Shown: positions 38,862 through 48,538, counted from the first letter of the stretch. The stretch: 64,000 nt of DNA from an uncultured Gammaproteobacteria bacterium (GCA_964641255.1 CAZXMM010000001.1:809890-873889), one strand, 5' to 3'. Made by a program: numbers and translations. Notes: generated from the letters alone by a model not told the origin.

Positions 38862-40246
38862 TTGGTGTCTTCAATAATTAAGCCCCTTTTGAGCAGGTCG
38901 TCTCTAATAGCGTCAGCCTGGTCAAATTGTTTTTTGGCTCTCAGCTGTTCTCTTTTAATCAGTAGGGCTTTGACTTCCTCTGTCATGACTGGTGATCCAC
39001 CCTTTTCTTCCCTGCCCAGGTCTAGGCCTAGTACCTCATCAAATTTTAGGAGAGCGTCAAGTTTTTCCTTTGCTCCTACACTAGGGTCTTCAGCCATCTG
39101 CCAAACAACTGCCAAAGCCTTAGGTAAATTAAGGTCATCGAAGAGGGCGGTCTCAAAGCTTTGGCGATAATCATCAGCGCTGCCTTCCTGGTCATCTTCC
39201 CTAGCCGCTTGCCACAAACCCACCTTGTGGCGCAATCGCTTAAGGGCAGTCTGGGCTCCCTCCAGTCCTTCCCAAGTAAAATTAAGAAGGGCTCGGTAAT
39301 GAGCTGATAGATAGAAGTACCTAAGAGCCAATGGGTCAATTTTCTTGGCAAGAATATCTTGCATAGTATAGGCATTGCCGAGAGACTTGCCCATCCTGCC
39401 CCCATCAACGGTGAGAAATTCGTTATGCAACCAATACCTACTAAATTCTTTCCCGCTGGCAGCTTCCGACTGGGCAATTTCATTGGTGTGATGAATCGCA
39501 ATATGATCAATGCCGCCCGTATGAATATCAAGAGTCTCCCCTAAGAGACTCATCGCCATGGCAGAGCACTCCACATGCCAGCCAGGAAACCCCTCTCCCC
39601 AGGGAGAGGGCCAACGCATCTGGTGGTCGGCAAATTTACCCACCGTCTTGAGCCATAAGGCAAAATCCTGGGGGTGCTTTTTGGTTGGGTCTTCCAAAAC
39701 TTCATCCCGCGCAGCTGTCCGTTTATCAATAAGTTTTTGTCCTCCCAATTTGCCGTATTCGGGAAATTTTTCGACATCAAAAAAGACCGCACTGTCTGTT
39801 TCATATCCGTACCCGCCCTCAACCAGGCGGGACACCAAATCAATTTGCTCTTTGATGTAATCAGTAGCGCGCGCAAGAGTTGTTGGTGCAATGATATTTA
39901 GCTTCTCTCGACTGATTATAAAATCATCAAGGTAAAATTGAGCCACTTCCCAAACTGTCTTCCCCTCCCTTTTGGCCCCTTTTTCTAGTCGATCTTCACC
40001 CGTATCAGCGTGACCCAGGTTATCACCTGAAAGATGACCCACGTCAGTAACATTCATGACGTGATTAACCAAAAAGCCTTTATAAGCCAAAACTCGACGC
40101 AGGATGTCGTCAAAAACAAAAGCCCGCCAATTGCCAATGGTCATGAAACTATAGACAGTCGGACCACAGGTGTACAACCGCACTTCTGGCGGATTAAGTG
40201 GCGCAAATTCTTCTAGTTTTTTAGTTAAGGTGTTAAAAAGTCTCAT
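38858..40246 (-). CDS. cysS: Cysteine--tRNA ligase
   Basis: YTCGPTVY, DFALW, GFPGWHVECSAM, HHTNEIAQ, RMGKS. Confidence 0.97.
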   Translation of the reverse strand: MRLFNTLTKKLEEFAPLNPPEVRLYTCGPTVYSFMTIGNWRAFVFDDILRRVLAYKGFLVNHVMNVTDVGHLSGDNLGHADTGEDRLEKGAKREGKTVWEVAQFYLDDFIISREKLNIIAPTTLARATDYIKEQIDLVSRLVEGGYGYETDSAVFFDVEKFPEYGKLGGQKLIDKRTAARDEVLEDPTKKHPQDFALWLKTVGKFADHQMRWPSPWGEGFPGWHVECSAMAMSLLGETLDIHTGGIDHIAIHHTNEIAQSEAASGKEFSRYWLHNEFLTVDGGRMGKSLGNAYTMQDILAKKIDPLALRYFYLSAHYRALLNFTWEGLEGAQTALKRLRHKVGLWQAAREDDQEGSADDYRQSFETALFDDLNLPKALAVVWQMAEDPSVGAKEKLDALLKFDEVLGLDLGREEKGGSPVMTEEVKALLIKREQLRAKKQFDQADAIRDDLLKRGLIIEDTK

Positions 40247-40467
40247 TGGTTGGCAAAATTTACCCCGTGCTTGCGTTTGAGTAGGTCAGCCGCGATCGTT
40301 TTGACTTCCAGCTCAAATTCCTGGTCCCTCTGGGTTTGGTTCGCCTCAATAGCAAAATCATTGTTTTGGTAATCGACAGTAAGGACAATTCTTTCGCCGT
40401 TTTTCCCCTCAATGTGATAGCTCGCCTTGCCAAAAACAAATGCCGTAATTTGTTTTAAGTTTCTCAT
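40243..40467 (-). CDS. Small hypothetical protein translationally coupled to cysS
   Basis: SD GAGGTG, ATG start, ATGA overlap with cysS. Confidence 0.65.
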   Translation of the reverse strand: MRNLKQITAFVFGKASYHIEGKNGERIVLTVDYQNNDFAIEANQTQRDQEFELEVKTIAADLLKRKHGVNFANQ

Positions 40468-40488
40468 ATTTTCACCTCACTTTCCATT

Positions 40489-40575
40489 AAAAAACCCGCT
40501 TTCGCGGGGGAAGCACAAAAGTCACTCGGCAAAGCCGATCTACTTTTGTGCAAATAAACAACAAGACTGTGGCAT
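40489..40575 (-). promoter_or_regulatory. Cys leader-peptide attenuator (uORF MPQSCCLFAQK 40575-40540; terminator 40508-40489)
   Basis: Tandem TGT TGT codons; stem GCACAAAAGU/ACUUUUGUGC; terminator CCCGC-GAAA-GCGGG-U6; upstream of cysS. Confidence 0.8.
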
Positions 40576-40599
40576 GTCAAAAAAAGTCTACCACACCTA

Positions 40600-40992
40600 T
40601 CAGAGCTTTTTCAACTTCTTCTTAAGACCACTGTCAAAAGTAAGAACATCAGCCGAGTCGTTTTCTGCCTTAACTAGTAAATAGCAATCAACGAGGTCCA
40701 GTTTACTTTTAAGCCAGAAAGAGAGTGTCGACTTCAAAATAGCCTCTTCCTCAACAGAAAGATATGGTAACGCCAGTAATTTTCCCAACTGAGTAGCTAT
40801 CTCCTCTTTAGGCAATTTGTATTGCGAGCGAAGGGTATAGATAATCTCAAAAAAGACTATGGGGGTAAGAATTATCTTTAGTTGTCCCTCCTTAGCAAGT
40901 AAGAAAGCGTCTTTGGCGAATTGGAGTTGGTCGGCGATATCACCCAGAAGAAAACGCAGCAAAACATTAGTATCGATATAAGCAAAGCGCAT
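40600..40992 (-). CDS. PIN-domain (VapC) toxin
   Basis: IDTNVLLR, E, D.VD, TFD. Confidence 0.88.
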   Translation of the reverse strand: MRFAYIDTNVLLRFLLGDIADQLQFAKDAFLLAKEGQLKIILTPIVFFEIIYTLRSQYKLPKEEIATQLGKLLALPYLSVEEEAILKSTLSFWLKSKLDLVDCYLLVKAENDSADVLTFDSGLKKKLKKL

Positions 40993-40993
40993 A

Positions 40994-41248
40994 CTAAGTT
41001 AGTTTGTTGCCTAAGTGTCTAGTGCCTAGATAGTGCTCGAAGGTCCTTCGCGTCTGGCGGAAGGGAACCTTTTTCTTGCTCTTAAAGACTCCCGCTAGTT
41101 GGATAAAATCTGGTACTCGTTCCACAATGAGGCGACCCTTATCAAGAGTAACCAAAGCTTTCTGCTTTTTGTCTAGACCTACAGACCGGCGTAGTAGGGC
41201 TGGTAGGGTAATCTGGCCTTGACTGGTAACTGATACCGAATACGTCAT
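40994..41248 (-). CDS. AbrB/MazE-family antitoxin
   Basis: VTSQGQITLP...R. Confidence 0.88.
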   Translation of the reverse strand: MTYSVSVTSQGQITLPALLRRSVGLDKKQKALVTLDKGRLIVERVPDFIQLAGVFKSKKKVPFRQTRRTFEHYLGTRHLGNKLT

Positions 41249-41249
41249 C

Positions 41250-41295
41250 CATTACTTTTAACATCTTACATTACTTTTGTCAAATTACATTACTT
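41250..41295. repeat. Three CATTACTT direct repeats at 19-bp period (probable antitoxin operator)
   Basis: Copies at 41250, 41269 and 41288, directly upstream of the antitoxin start. Confidence 0.65.
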
Positions 41296-41319
41296 AATAC
41301 TTGTAGTATACTTTAAGGG

Positions 41320-42240
41320 ATGATTAAGATTGCTATAGCTACTGTCAACTTTAATGGCCTAGACGATACTCTAGAACTCTTGGCTAGCCTAAAAGAACTT
41401 GATACCAAAGGGCTCCAGATAGTAACCGTAGTTGTGGATAACGGCTCCAGGGACAATCAGGCTGACGCCATCAGTCAAGCTTATCCCCAGGCTATCTTAG
41501 TTAGAAATCCCACGAACACCGGTTCAGCGGGCGGCTTTAACTCTGGTATTCAGGCGGGCTTACAAGCCGGAGCTGATTTTGTCCTTCTGCTTAACAATGA
41601 CTGCCTTATTTCTGACCCCAAACTACTGCAAATGCTTCTTAAAACTATCAACTCTGACAAAGAAATCGGTGCGGTCTCACCCAAGATCTATTTTGCTCCG
41701 GGCTTTGAGTTTTATAAAGACCGCTACAAAAGGGAGGATCTCGGTAAAGTTATTTGGTACGGTGGTGGCACTTTTGACTGGAACAATGTTCTCTCCAAAC
41801 ACGAAGGTATTGATGAGGTTGACCACGGCAAGTATGAAAGTGTTCACGACGCCGAATTCCTTAACTGTGCCTGCATTCTCATGCGCAAGGAAATTTTTGC
41901 GAAGGGAATATTCTTTGATGAATCGCTATTTGCTTACTTTGACGATAATGACTTTAACATAAAACTGGTACGAGCCGGGTTCAGAAAAGTGTATAACGGG
42001 GCAACAAATATCTACCACAAAGTGTCCCGAACTGCTGGTATTGGTTCCCCTACCGCCGATTACTATCTGACCCGCAACAGGTTGATATTTGGAATGCGCT
42101 ACGCCTCACTACGAACCAAATTTGCTCTACTGCGAGAGGCTTTCCGTCTTTTGATTACTGGGAGGGTTGCCCAAAAACAAGGAGTCATCGATTTTCTAAA
42201 ACTCAAGCGGGGACGGCTTACCCCGAAGCGTCCCGATTAG
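41320..42240 (+). CDS. Glycosyltransferase family 2
   Basis: VDNGS, N.G.AGG.N, LLNND, FDE..F.Y.DD. Confidence 0.9.
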   Translation: MIKIAIATVNFNGLDDTLELLASLKELDTKGLQIVTVVVDNGSRDNQADAISQAYPQAILVRNPTNTGSAGGFNSGIQAGLQAGADFVLLLNNDCLISDPKLLQMLLKTINSDKEIGAVSPKIYFAPGFEFYKDRYKREDLGKVIWYGGGTFDWNNVLSKHEGIDEVDHGKYESVHDAEFLNCACILMRKEIFAKGIFFDESLFAYFDDNDFNIKLVRAGFRKVYNGATNIYHKVSRTAGIGSPTADYYLTRNRLIFGMRYASLRTKFALLREAFRLLITGRVAQKQGVIDFLKLKRGRLTPKRPD

Positions 42241-42694
42241 CCTCACCGGTAGTTAGGGCATTTTTAGTGGCGGTTTGAATAGCACTTGCTCTGGGTTTTT
42301 TATCCTTTTTAATTTCTGGCCCCGCACCAGAAATTGGAGTAGTGTCTTCCCCCTCTTGTTTTAGCCGCTGTTTTTCTAGCTCCAGTAAAATTTGCTTGCG
42401 CTTTTCTTTAAGCAGCAAAACATCCCGCCGTTCTAGAGCATTGGTCAAATAACTGACTACCTGTTTACTGGGTACGGGTGCGCCAGTGACCTGGTCGATT
42501 TTTGGGCTCTTGGCTGTAGTCTTTGGTGGAGCCACTAATTTCTCGCTGGGAAGTGGGGCAGACGCCGAAGAGGTGAAAATTTGTCCTTTAGCTGATTTGG
42601 CTAGGTCCGTAGGTAGGGCTTTTAGCTGCCGGCCGGTACCTCTCAGTAGCTCGCCGAACTCGTCAGCAAACGGATTGTTTTTTACAAAACCCAT
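42218..42694 (-). CDS. Hypothetical protein
   Basis: 158-aa low-complexity/coiled-coil ORF in operon orientation. Confidence 0.55.
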   Translation of the reverse strand: MGFVKNNPFADEFGELLRGTGRQLKALPTDLAKSAKGQIFTSSASAPLPSEKLVAPPKTTAKSPKIDQVTGAPVPSKQVVSYLTNALERRDVLLLKEKRKQILLELEKQRLKQEGEDTTPISGAGPEIKKDKKPRASAIQTATKNALTTGEANRDASG

Positions 42695-42698
42695 ATTT

Positions 42699-43628
42699 TT
42701 AAAGCTTAAACTTTATGGCTTGGGTCTTAGTATCGATCTCCCCCTCCACCCCGATGGGAATCGTCATTTTCGGAGTCTCATGGCCAAAATCCACTCCCCA
42801 CAAAATCGGAAAATCATAGGACCGAGCCATTTGCAGTAGTACGTAACGTAACTCAGGAACCCCGACGTAACCACCTTCTTCTGAACAGTCTGTTAGTTTC
42901 CCGACGAGCATGCCCTCACACCGCTCGAAAACTCCTAAATTTCTCAGATGAAAAAGATTCCTGATTATCTCGTTATAAATATCGGAAAATTCTTCCCAAA
43001 AGAAAATAATCTTCTGATCACCAAGCAGTGGAAAGGGATCATAAGGTGTGCCCAAAACTGCACAGACGGTAGCTAGATTTCCACCAACCAACATCCCCTT
43101 ACCCCGACCCGACCGAAGAACTTCCCATTTGGAATGGGGTTCTATCTTTTCGACTGGGCTACCCATCAGGGTCGCCCACAAGTTTTTCAGGGTGTACTCT
43201 GATTCCTCAGCTAACGAAGCACCGTTGGGCCCATGAAACGTCACTAAATTAGCTTTGGTCAAAAAAGCCAACTGCAAAATAGCGGCGTCTGAGTAGCCAA
43301 CAAAAATCTTGGGATTTTTTTTGATAGTGTCATAGTCTAGCTGATCTAGTATTTGATCAGCGGCGTAGCCCCCAATGCCCATAATAATGGCTTTGACCTC
43401 TGGATCAGCAAAGGCCGTGTTGACATCCTGTGCCCGGTCCTCGATGGTACCAGCAGTATAGTCGCCTATCTTATAGAAAAGATGTTTGCCGAGTTTTAAT
43501 TTAAAACCTTGGCCTTCGAGGTATTGGCGAGTTTTTTCTACGTCAGCCCGCTCTACCGGTTCGGAAGGGGCAATGATGGAAATAGTGTCACCAACTTGTA
43601 ATTTGGCGGGGAAAATTGGACTGATCAT
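42699..43628 (-). CDS. LD-carboxypeptidase (S66 family)
   Basis: IIAPS, GG, GYSD, HGP, GGNL, FGH. Confidence 0.92.
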   Translation of the reverse strand: MISPIFPAKLQVGDTISIIAPSEPVERADVEKTRQYLEGQGFKLKLGKHLFYKIGDYTAGTIEDRAQDVNTAFADPEVKAIIMGIGGYAADQILDQLDYDTIKKNPKIFVGYSDAAILQLAFLTKANLVTFHGPNGASLAEESEYTLKNLWATLMGSPVEKIEPHSKWEVLRSGRGKGMLVGGNLATVCAVLGTPYDPFPLLGDQKIIFFWEEFSDIYNEIIRNLFHLRNLGVFERCEGMLVGKLTDCSEEGGYVGVPELRYVLLQMARSYDFPILWGVDFGHETPKMTIPIGVEGEIDTKTQAIKFKL

Positions 43629-43697
43629 TTCTTAATTTTATCCCACCAGCCCAAGCCAAACAAGCAGAGGGATACTACAGGACTTACTACTATAGGG

Positions 43698-44714
43698 TTA
43701 CTGTTTGAGGTCGGTCGCAGCCACTACGATAAGAAAATCGTTATTGGAGCGTACACACCCAAAGTTATAGGTTTTGTTGCGCATAATCTCGTTATTGGGT
43801 GCCCAAGAGGAAACTAGCTGCTCAGAAGTATCGATATCATCATACTCAGCCTCGTAGTGATAAGTTTCACTGACGTGGGTAAAGTCGGCAAAATATGCCT
43901 GTTTTACCTGACTATTGGCTTGATCTTCGTAAAAACCTTTGTGGTCGTCGAGCTTGCCAAAGTCGACCAGCTGCTCTAGTCGGCGCTGGGCATAGGCACA
44001 GAGTCTGCTATCACTAACTAGAATGGGGAAACCACTCTCCTGGCGGTACTTATTGAGCAGATTTAACACTTCTTCGTTGCGATTGCTGCTATATTTTTGT
44101 TCTATCTCCGTAATCCCTTTTTTGAACTCAGAAGAATTTAAACCCTCAATATTTTCCACATTGCGCAGCAGTGAAATTACATCGCGGCCACCGCTTTGGC
44201 TTAGAACTACAGCAAAAGCAATAACCAGACCGGCAATAACCAGTGTTGCCAGTAGCCAACTGCCAAAAACGATAAAAGCAGCTAGAATTACATGACCCTT
44301 CTCTTTGGTTCTGACTACTACCGTCCGAGCGATCTTATCGTGCCAGCCTTGTTTTTTGCCGTCCCAGAGCGCCCAAAGAAAACCAAGAAGTAAAACTGCA
44401 CCTGAAAGCATATAACCTAGATAGCGAAGAACGCTATCTCCAAGTGAGATCTTACCCCCCGCCTCCTTAACGACTTTGATAGCTAGCAGCCGATTGCCCA
44501 AGGTTTGGCCATCCTGCTTGACCCAAAAGTAAGTAAAATAGGCTAGGTTGAGAATAATTCCCGGTACCCAGGCCAAAAGAGCCGAATTACCCATTGATAG
44601 GGGCACCGACAAAAACATTGAGGCAATACTTAGAATAAGTCCGTCAACAGAATAAGCCAAAAATCTCCGTCCAAATGAAGCATAATTTGACTGGCTGGTA
44701 GTTTCAGTAGTCAT
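43698..44714 (-). CDS. RDD-domain protein fused to a CAP/SCP-like domain
   Basis: RRFLAY..D, GQTLG, Q.WHDKIA.T.V; then LNKYR..G...L...L..YAQ.R. Confidence 0.75.
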   Translation of the reverse strand: MTTETTSQSNYASFGRRFLAYSVDGLILSIASMFLSVPLSMGNSALLAWVPGIILNLAYFTYFWVKQDGQTLGNRLLAIKVVKEAGGKISLGDSVLRYLGYMLSGAVLLLGFLWALWDGKKQGWHDKIARTVVVRTKEKGHVILAAFIVFGSWLLATLVIAGLVIAFAVVLSQSGGRDVISLLRNVENIEGLNSSEFKKGITEIEQKYSSNRNEEVLNLLNKYRQESGFPILVSDSRLCAYAQRRLEQLVDFGKLDDHKGFYEDQANSQVKQAYFADFTHVSETYHYEAEYDDIDTSEQLVSSWAPNNEIMRNKTYNFGCVRSNNDFLIVVAATDLKQ

Positions 44715-44741
44715 ACTAGTAGTAGTGTATACGATTGGCTT

Positions 44742-45353
44742 TTAAAAATCCACCGCGCGCCGCCCCTGCAAAGCCCGAGTCAGGGTGGTTTCATCAGCGT
44801 ATTGCAAATCCCCTCCAATAGGCACACCTACCCCCAGGCGGGTAATTTTGAATTCTGAATTTAGCGTTTTTAACTGCCTGGTGATATACATGGCCGTTGC
44901 CTCCCCCTCCATAGTGGGATTCATCGCTAGGATTATCTCTTCAACTGCTGTACTAGCTTTTACTCGACCCACAAGGTCATTTATAAAAAGCTCGTCAGGT
45001 CCAATATTTTGCAAGGGATTAATCACTCCGTGTAAGACGTGGTAAACCCCTCGGTATTGACCCGTCTTTTCTAAACTAAAGACGTCGAGCGCACTTTCGA
45101 CTACACAGATTGTGCTATGGTCCCGGCTCTTATCGACATCAATAGAACAGGGTTCAGAAGCAGTAATATTTTTACACACCGAGCAAAAAACTATGCCCGC
45201 TCTTAAGTTTAAAACCGCCTCCCCCAACCGGGTTATTTCCGGGTGGGGAACAGTGAGCAAGTAAAATGCCAACCGCTCCGCCGTTTTCGGACCGACACCA
45301 GGGAGGCGTTCAAACGCTTCTATTAAGTTTTGGATTTGCCTAGGGAAGATCAT
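44742..45353 (-). CDS. recR: Recombination protein RecR
   Basis: LPGVGPKTA.R, C..C, YHVLHG, EGEATA. Confidence 0.96.
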   Translation of the reverse strand: MIFPRQIQNLIEAFERLPGVGPKTAERLAFYLLTVPHPEITRLGEAVLNLRAGIVFCSVCKNITASEPCSIDVDKSRDHSTICVVESALDVFSLEKTGQYRGVYHVLHGVINPLQNIGPDELFINDLVGRVKASTAVEEIILAMNPTMEGEATAMYITRQLKTLNSEFKITRLGVGVPIGGDLQYADETTLTRALQGRRAVDF

Positions 45354-45643
45354 TGCCCCCCCGTTAGTCCGCCCATCCCACCCGAAAGTTGCTGGAGCTT
45401 ACTAGCGGCGACCATCTGAGATTTGTAAAGTGCCTCACCGAGAGCAGCTTCGAGTTCATAATCACGAACGCCGTCCCAGGAAATTTCTTTAACCTTCTGG
45501 TCACCAGTAATGACAATTTTCAATAGTCCTTTGGTAGTTTGTTTAGTAATTTCAATGACTTCAGCTGCCAGTTGCGTCTGAATTTGCTGCGCTGTTTTAC
45601 GCATTTCATTGAGATCGCCAAGTTTTTTCAAAGAATCAAACAT
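45350..45643 (-). CDS. YbaB/EbfC nucleoid-associated protein
   Basis: dnaX-ybaB-recR synteny; AQ.IQ..L...I.G motif. Confidence 0.8.
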   Translation of the reverse strand: MFDSLKKLGDLNEMRKTAQQIQTQLAAEVIEITKQTTKGLLKIVITGDQKVKEISWDGVRDYELEAALGEALYKSQMVAASKLQQLSGGMGGLTGGQ

Positions 45644-45662
45644 AGACTTAAATACACCCCCT

Positions 45663-47006
45663 TTACGATTTGCTAACTAGCTCAAACTTACTCTGAATTT
45701 CTAGAGCTAGTATATCAGAAATAACCGCTTCAAAAATAGCCCGGTTTTTCTCTTCCGAAAGTTGATCCCGATGAAAAGAATAAAGAACCTCCAAAGTCAG
45801 CTTGTTCCCCTCGAGGCTTTTCGGCCGGGCCGCCCGTAGCAAAGCCAGTAAATTATGATTTTTGGCTTTAACCGCAGCCATAACCTCTGGCCATTTGGCA
45901 GTAACTATTTCGACTGTGTTAACACTACTGGCCGCTTGGGGGGTGCTTGGTACCACTGGCACTAACTCAGGGCTTTCTAAAAAAAACCGGTCTAGAGCTA
46001 ACTCTAGTGGTAACTGAACAATTGGCGAGCTAAACGACTGCTGATAAGAAGCCAGCAAGTATTCGGTCAGGTGCGTAAGTTCCATCCTAGTTATAGTCTG
46101 ACCGTCATAATTAAGTTCAGTATCATTTGTGGATAATAAAAGTGTTCTAATTTCGTCAAGTAGACACGTATAAAGATCTTTTATTTTTTTACCTTCGCGA
46201 AGGTGATTTTCGATGATAGAGAAAGTTTGTTCCCGCTTATGACTTAGAATAGCGCTTAATAACTGGCCTACCAAAGCAGTGTCCGCGCCCCCCAAACTGC
46301 TAACATCACTTAGAGTAATGGTGCCGCCCTTACCGGATTTTTGTAGCAGCTGCTCAAGAAGCTTGTGACCATCTCGAAGTGAGCCTTGAGCCCGCTTGAC
46401 AATAGCAGCTACTGCTAAATCGTCAACTTTTAGTTTTTCTGCTGCCACAACCCGCTCAATAGCGCGGGTAACTTCACTGTCTTTTGGGCTACCAAAATCA
46501 AAGACCATACACCTGGATACAATCGTTGCCGGTAATTTCTGCGGCTCAGTAGTAGCCAGAACAAAAATAACGTGTTGGGGCGGCTCCTCCAGGGTTTTAA
46601 GTAGGGCATTAAAAGCACTGTTAGAAAGCATGTGCACTTCGTCAATAATGTAGACTTTATAGGGGCTGCTCACTGGAGCCAGTTTTACTTTTTCCCGCAA
46701 ATCACGGATATCATCAACGCCTGTATTGCTGGCGGCATCAATTTCCAGCACGTCAAGACTAGTACTACTTGTAATTGCTTGGCAAGACGGACAATGATTA
46801 CACGGTTCCTCTCCGATCTTTCGTTTTGGACAATTAACTATTTTGGCAATTAACCTGGCAGTGGAAGTCTTGCCAGTGCCCCGATTGCCAATCAGAAGAT
46901 AAGCATGGGACCACTGGTTAGCTAGCAGCGCCGCCCCCAGAGTCTCCCTAATGTGGGCAATGTCCAACTCGGCGATAGTTTGGGGACGGTAAGTCAGGTA
47001 GTACAT
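45663..47006 (-). CDS. dnaX: DNA polymerase III subunit gamma/tau
   Basis: YRP, GTGKTS, EIDAAS, IIDEVHML, NALLKTLEEPP, SRC. Confidence 0.96.
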   Translation of the reverse strand: MYYLTYRPQTIAELDIAHIRETLGAALLANQWSHAYLLIGNRGTGKTSTARLIAKIVNCPKRKIGEEPCNHCPSCQAITSSTSLDVLEIDAASNTGVDDIRDLREKVKLAPVSSPYKVYIIDEVHMLSNSAFNALLKTLEEPPQHVIFVLATTEPQKLPATIVSRCMVFDFGSPKDSEVTRAIERVVAAEKLKVDDLAVAAIVKRAQGSLRDGHKLLEQLLQKSGKGGTITLSDVSSLGGADTALVGQLLSAILSHKREQTFSIIENHLREGKKIKDLYTCLLDEIRTLLLSTNDTELNYDGQTITRMELTHLTEYLLASYQQSFSSPIVQLPLELALDRFFLESPELVPVVPSTPQAASSVNTVEIVTAKWPEVMAAVKAKNHNLLALLRAARPKSLEGNKLTLEVLYSFHRDQLSEEKNRAIFEAVISDILALEIQSKFELVSKS

Positions 47007-47011
47007 AATCA

Positions 47012-47434
47012 CTAATCACTATGGTGTTCGCCCAGTAGATGTAACATCCCATGTTCTACTAATTCACATAGCTTGTCCATGACTAAGACATTGTCCTCGT
47101 TGGCCTCAAGCTGAACCAGAGGGTAACAGATTAAAAGATCACCAAGAGTAAGAACCCCACTCGTCTCGCCAATAAATCCACTGACTCCCCGACCGGTTTT
47201 TGAGGCGGTGGTCAAATTGGTATCAACAAAAGGAAATGACAGCACGTTATGGGCAGTATCATCGTGCAAATATTTTTTGGCGACCGCTCGGGCTTTACGG
47301 CGGCCACAAATTAGAACAGAGACTTCCACGCTAGAAGAAATACCCCGACTCTTAAGCACGCGTTCCACCACGGCAGTAATTTTTGGCCGAACAATTGGAT
47401 AACGAGAGTCTGCTGAAATCAGAACTGTTACCAT
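47012..47434 (-). CDS. ybeY: rRNA maturation RNase YbeY
   Basis: VLSFP, LGD, HGMLHLLGEHH. Confidence 0.9.
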   Translation of the reverse strand: MVTVLISADSRYPIVRPKITAVVERVLKSRGISSSVEVSVLICGRRKARAVAKKYLHDDTAHNVLSFPFVDTNLTTASKTGRGVSGFIGETSGVLTLGDLLICYPLVQLEANEDNVLVMDKLCELVEHGMLHLLGEHHSD

Positions 47435-47881
47435 TTAATGAAGGCATTCTTTAACTATTTGGGCCACCAAAGCACCGTCCGCTTGGCCCCCAAACTTTGC
47501 CATTGCCAGCTTCATTACTGTTCCAAAATCACTCCCCGGAGCACTGGCGATAAGGGCCTCAATTTTTGCTTTTACCTCTGCTTCGCTAAGAGCAGCGGGC
47601 ATGTAGGACAAAAGGATAGCTAGCTCCTGGTTTTCCCGCTCCACCAGATCGTCTCTCTTAGCCTGAGTAAACATTGCAATCGACTCCCGGTGCGTCTTAA
47701 TTTGCTTGGCGATCACACTTTGGACGTCGGCATCTGTCAGACTCGACCTATCTCGGCCGGGATATTTTTCAATCTGCAGATTAAAAACCGCCCCCAATAA
47801 AAACCTCAGCGCATCAACTTTTATTTGATCGCGGTCCTTTTGGGCCTTCGCCAAATCAGATTGTAGGGTATCAACAAGCAT
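47435..47881 (-). CDS. GatB/YqeY-domain protein
   Basis: RESI..F....R.DL...E, Y.P, G.VMK, ADG. Confidence 0.9.
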   Translation of the reverse strand: MLVDTLQSDLAKAQKDRDQIKVDALRFLLGAVFNLQIEKYPGRDRSSLTDADVQSVIAKQIKTHRESIAMFTQAKRDDLVERENQELAILLSYMPAALSEAEVKAKIEALIASAPGSDFGTVMKLAMAKFGGQADGALVAQIVKECLH

Positions 47882-48060
47882 TATCTCGCTCTCCTTGTTT
47901 TTTTCTTGGCTAACTTCTTGAGTTTACGAATGAGAGAAGGTTTTTGGTAAAACTCACGCTTTTTAAGATCGCCAAGAATGTCCTCGTTGAGGACTTTTTT
48001 TTGGAAAGCTCTAATGACCTGGTCTGATGATTGTCCGGGTTGTTGTTTAACTATTGCCAT
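47881..48060 (-). CDS. rpsU: 30S ribosomal protein S21 (absent from the ORF track, 59 aa)
   Basis: Hand translation MAIVKQQPGQSSDQVIRAFQKKVLNEDILGDLKKREFYQKPS...; rpsU-yqeY synteny. Confidence 0.9.
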   Translation of the reverse strand: MAIVKQQPGQSSDQVIRAFQKKVLNEDILGDLKKREFYQKPSLIRKLKKLAKKKTRRAR

Positions 48061-48069
48061 ATAGTGTAA

Positions 48070-48477
48070 TTACGACACCGCCTTTCTTATTTTTTCAGCT
48101 ACTATTTTTAACTCGTCACGATTTGCTTGTTCTTTTCCCTCATAGGAGCAGTCGTACTTTTTCCCTTCATACACCGGGAACAATTTAAGGTGAGCATGCG
48201 GCACTTCGAATCCTTCCATGACCTGAATTGTCCGAAACGAACCTAATGCCTGGTTAATCGTCAGTGCCACTTTCTTGGCAAACTGATGCATTCTTCCTAA
48301 CTCTTCGTCGCTCAAAGAGTCGTAGAGGTAGCTGTCTTTGTGCTCTCTAGTCAAAACCACCGTCATGCCAGGAAATTTGGGCATGATCCCAAGTATCGCT
48401 AAAAATTCGGCGTCTTCAGCAATCTTTTCCGAAGGAATCTTCCCCCCCACAATCTGGCAAAATAGACAGTCCTCCAT
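48070..48477 (-). CDS. HIT-family protein
   Basis: DCLFCQI, VPHAHLKL.P. Confidence 0.88.
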   Translation of the reverse strand: MEDCLFCQIVGGKIPSEKIAEDAEFLAILGIMPKFPGMTVVLTREHKDSYLYDSLSDEELGRMHQFAKKVALTINQALGSFRTIQVMEGFEVPHAHLKLFPVYEGKKYDCSYEGKEQANRDELKIVAEKIRKAVS

Positions 48478-48538
48478 CGCTTTGTCATTGTAAAACTTTT
48501 GACAAGTAGGAGCAAGGATGGGATTTTACGCACCAAAC

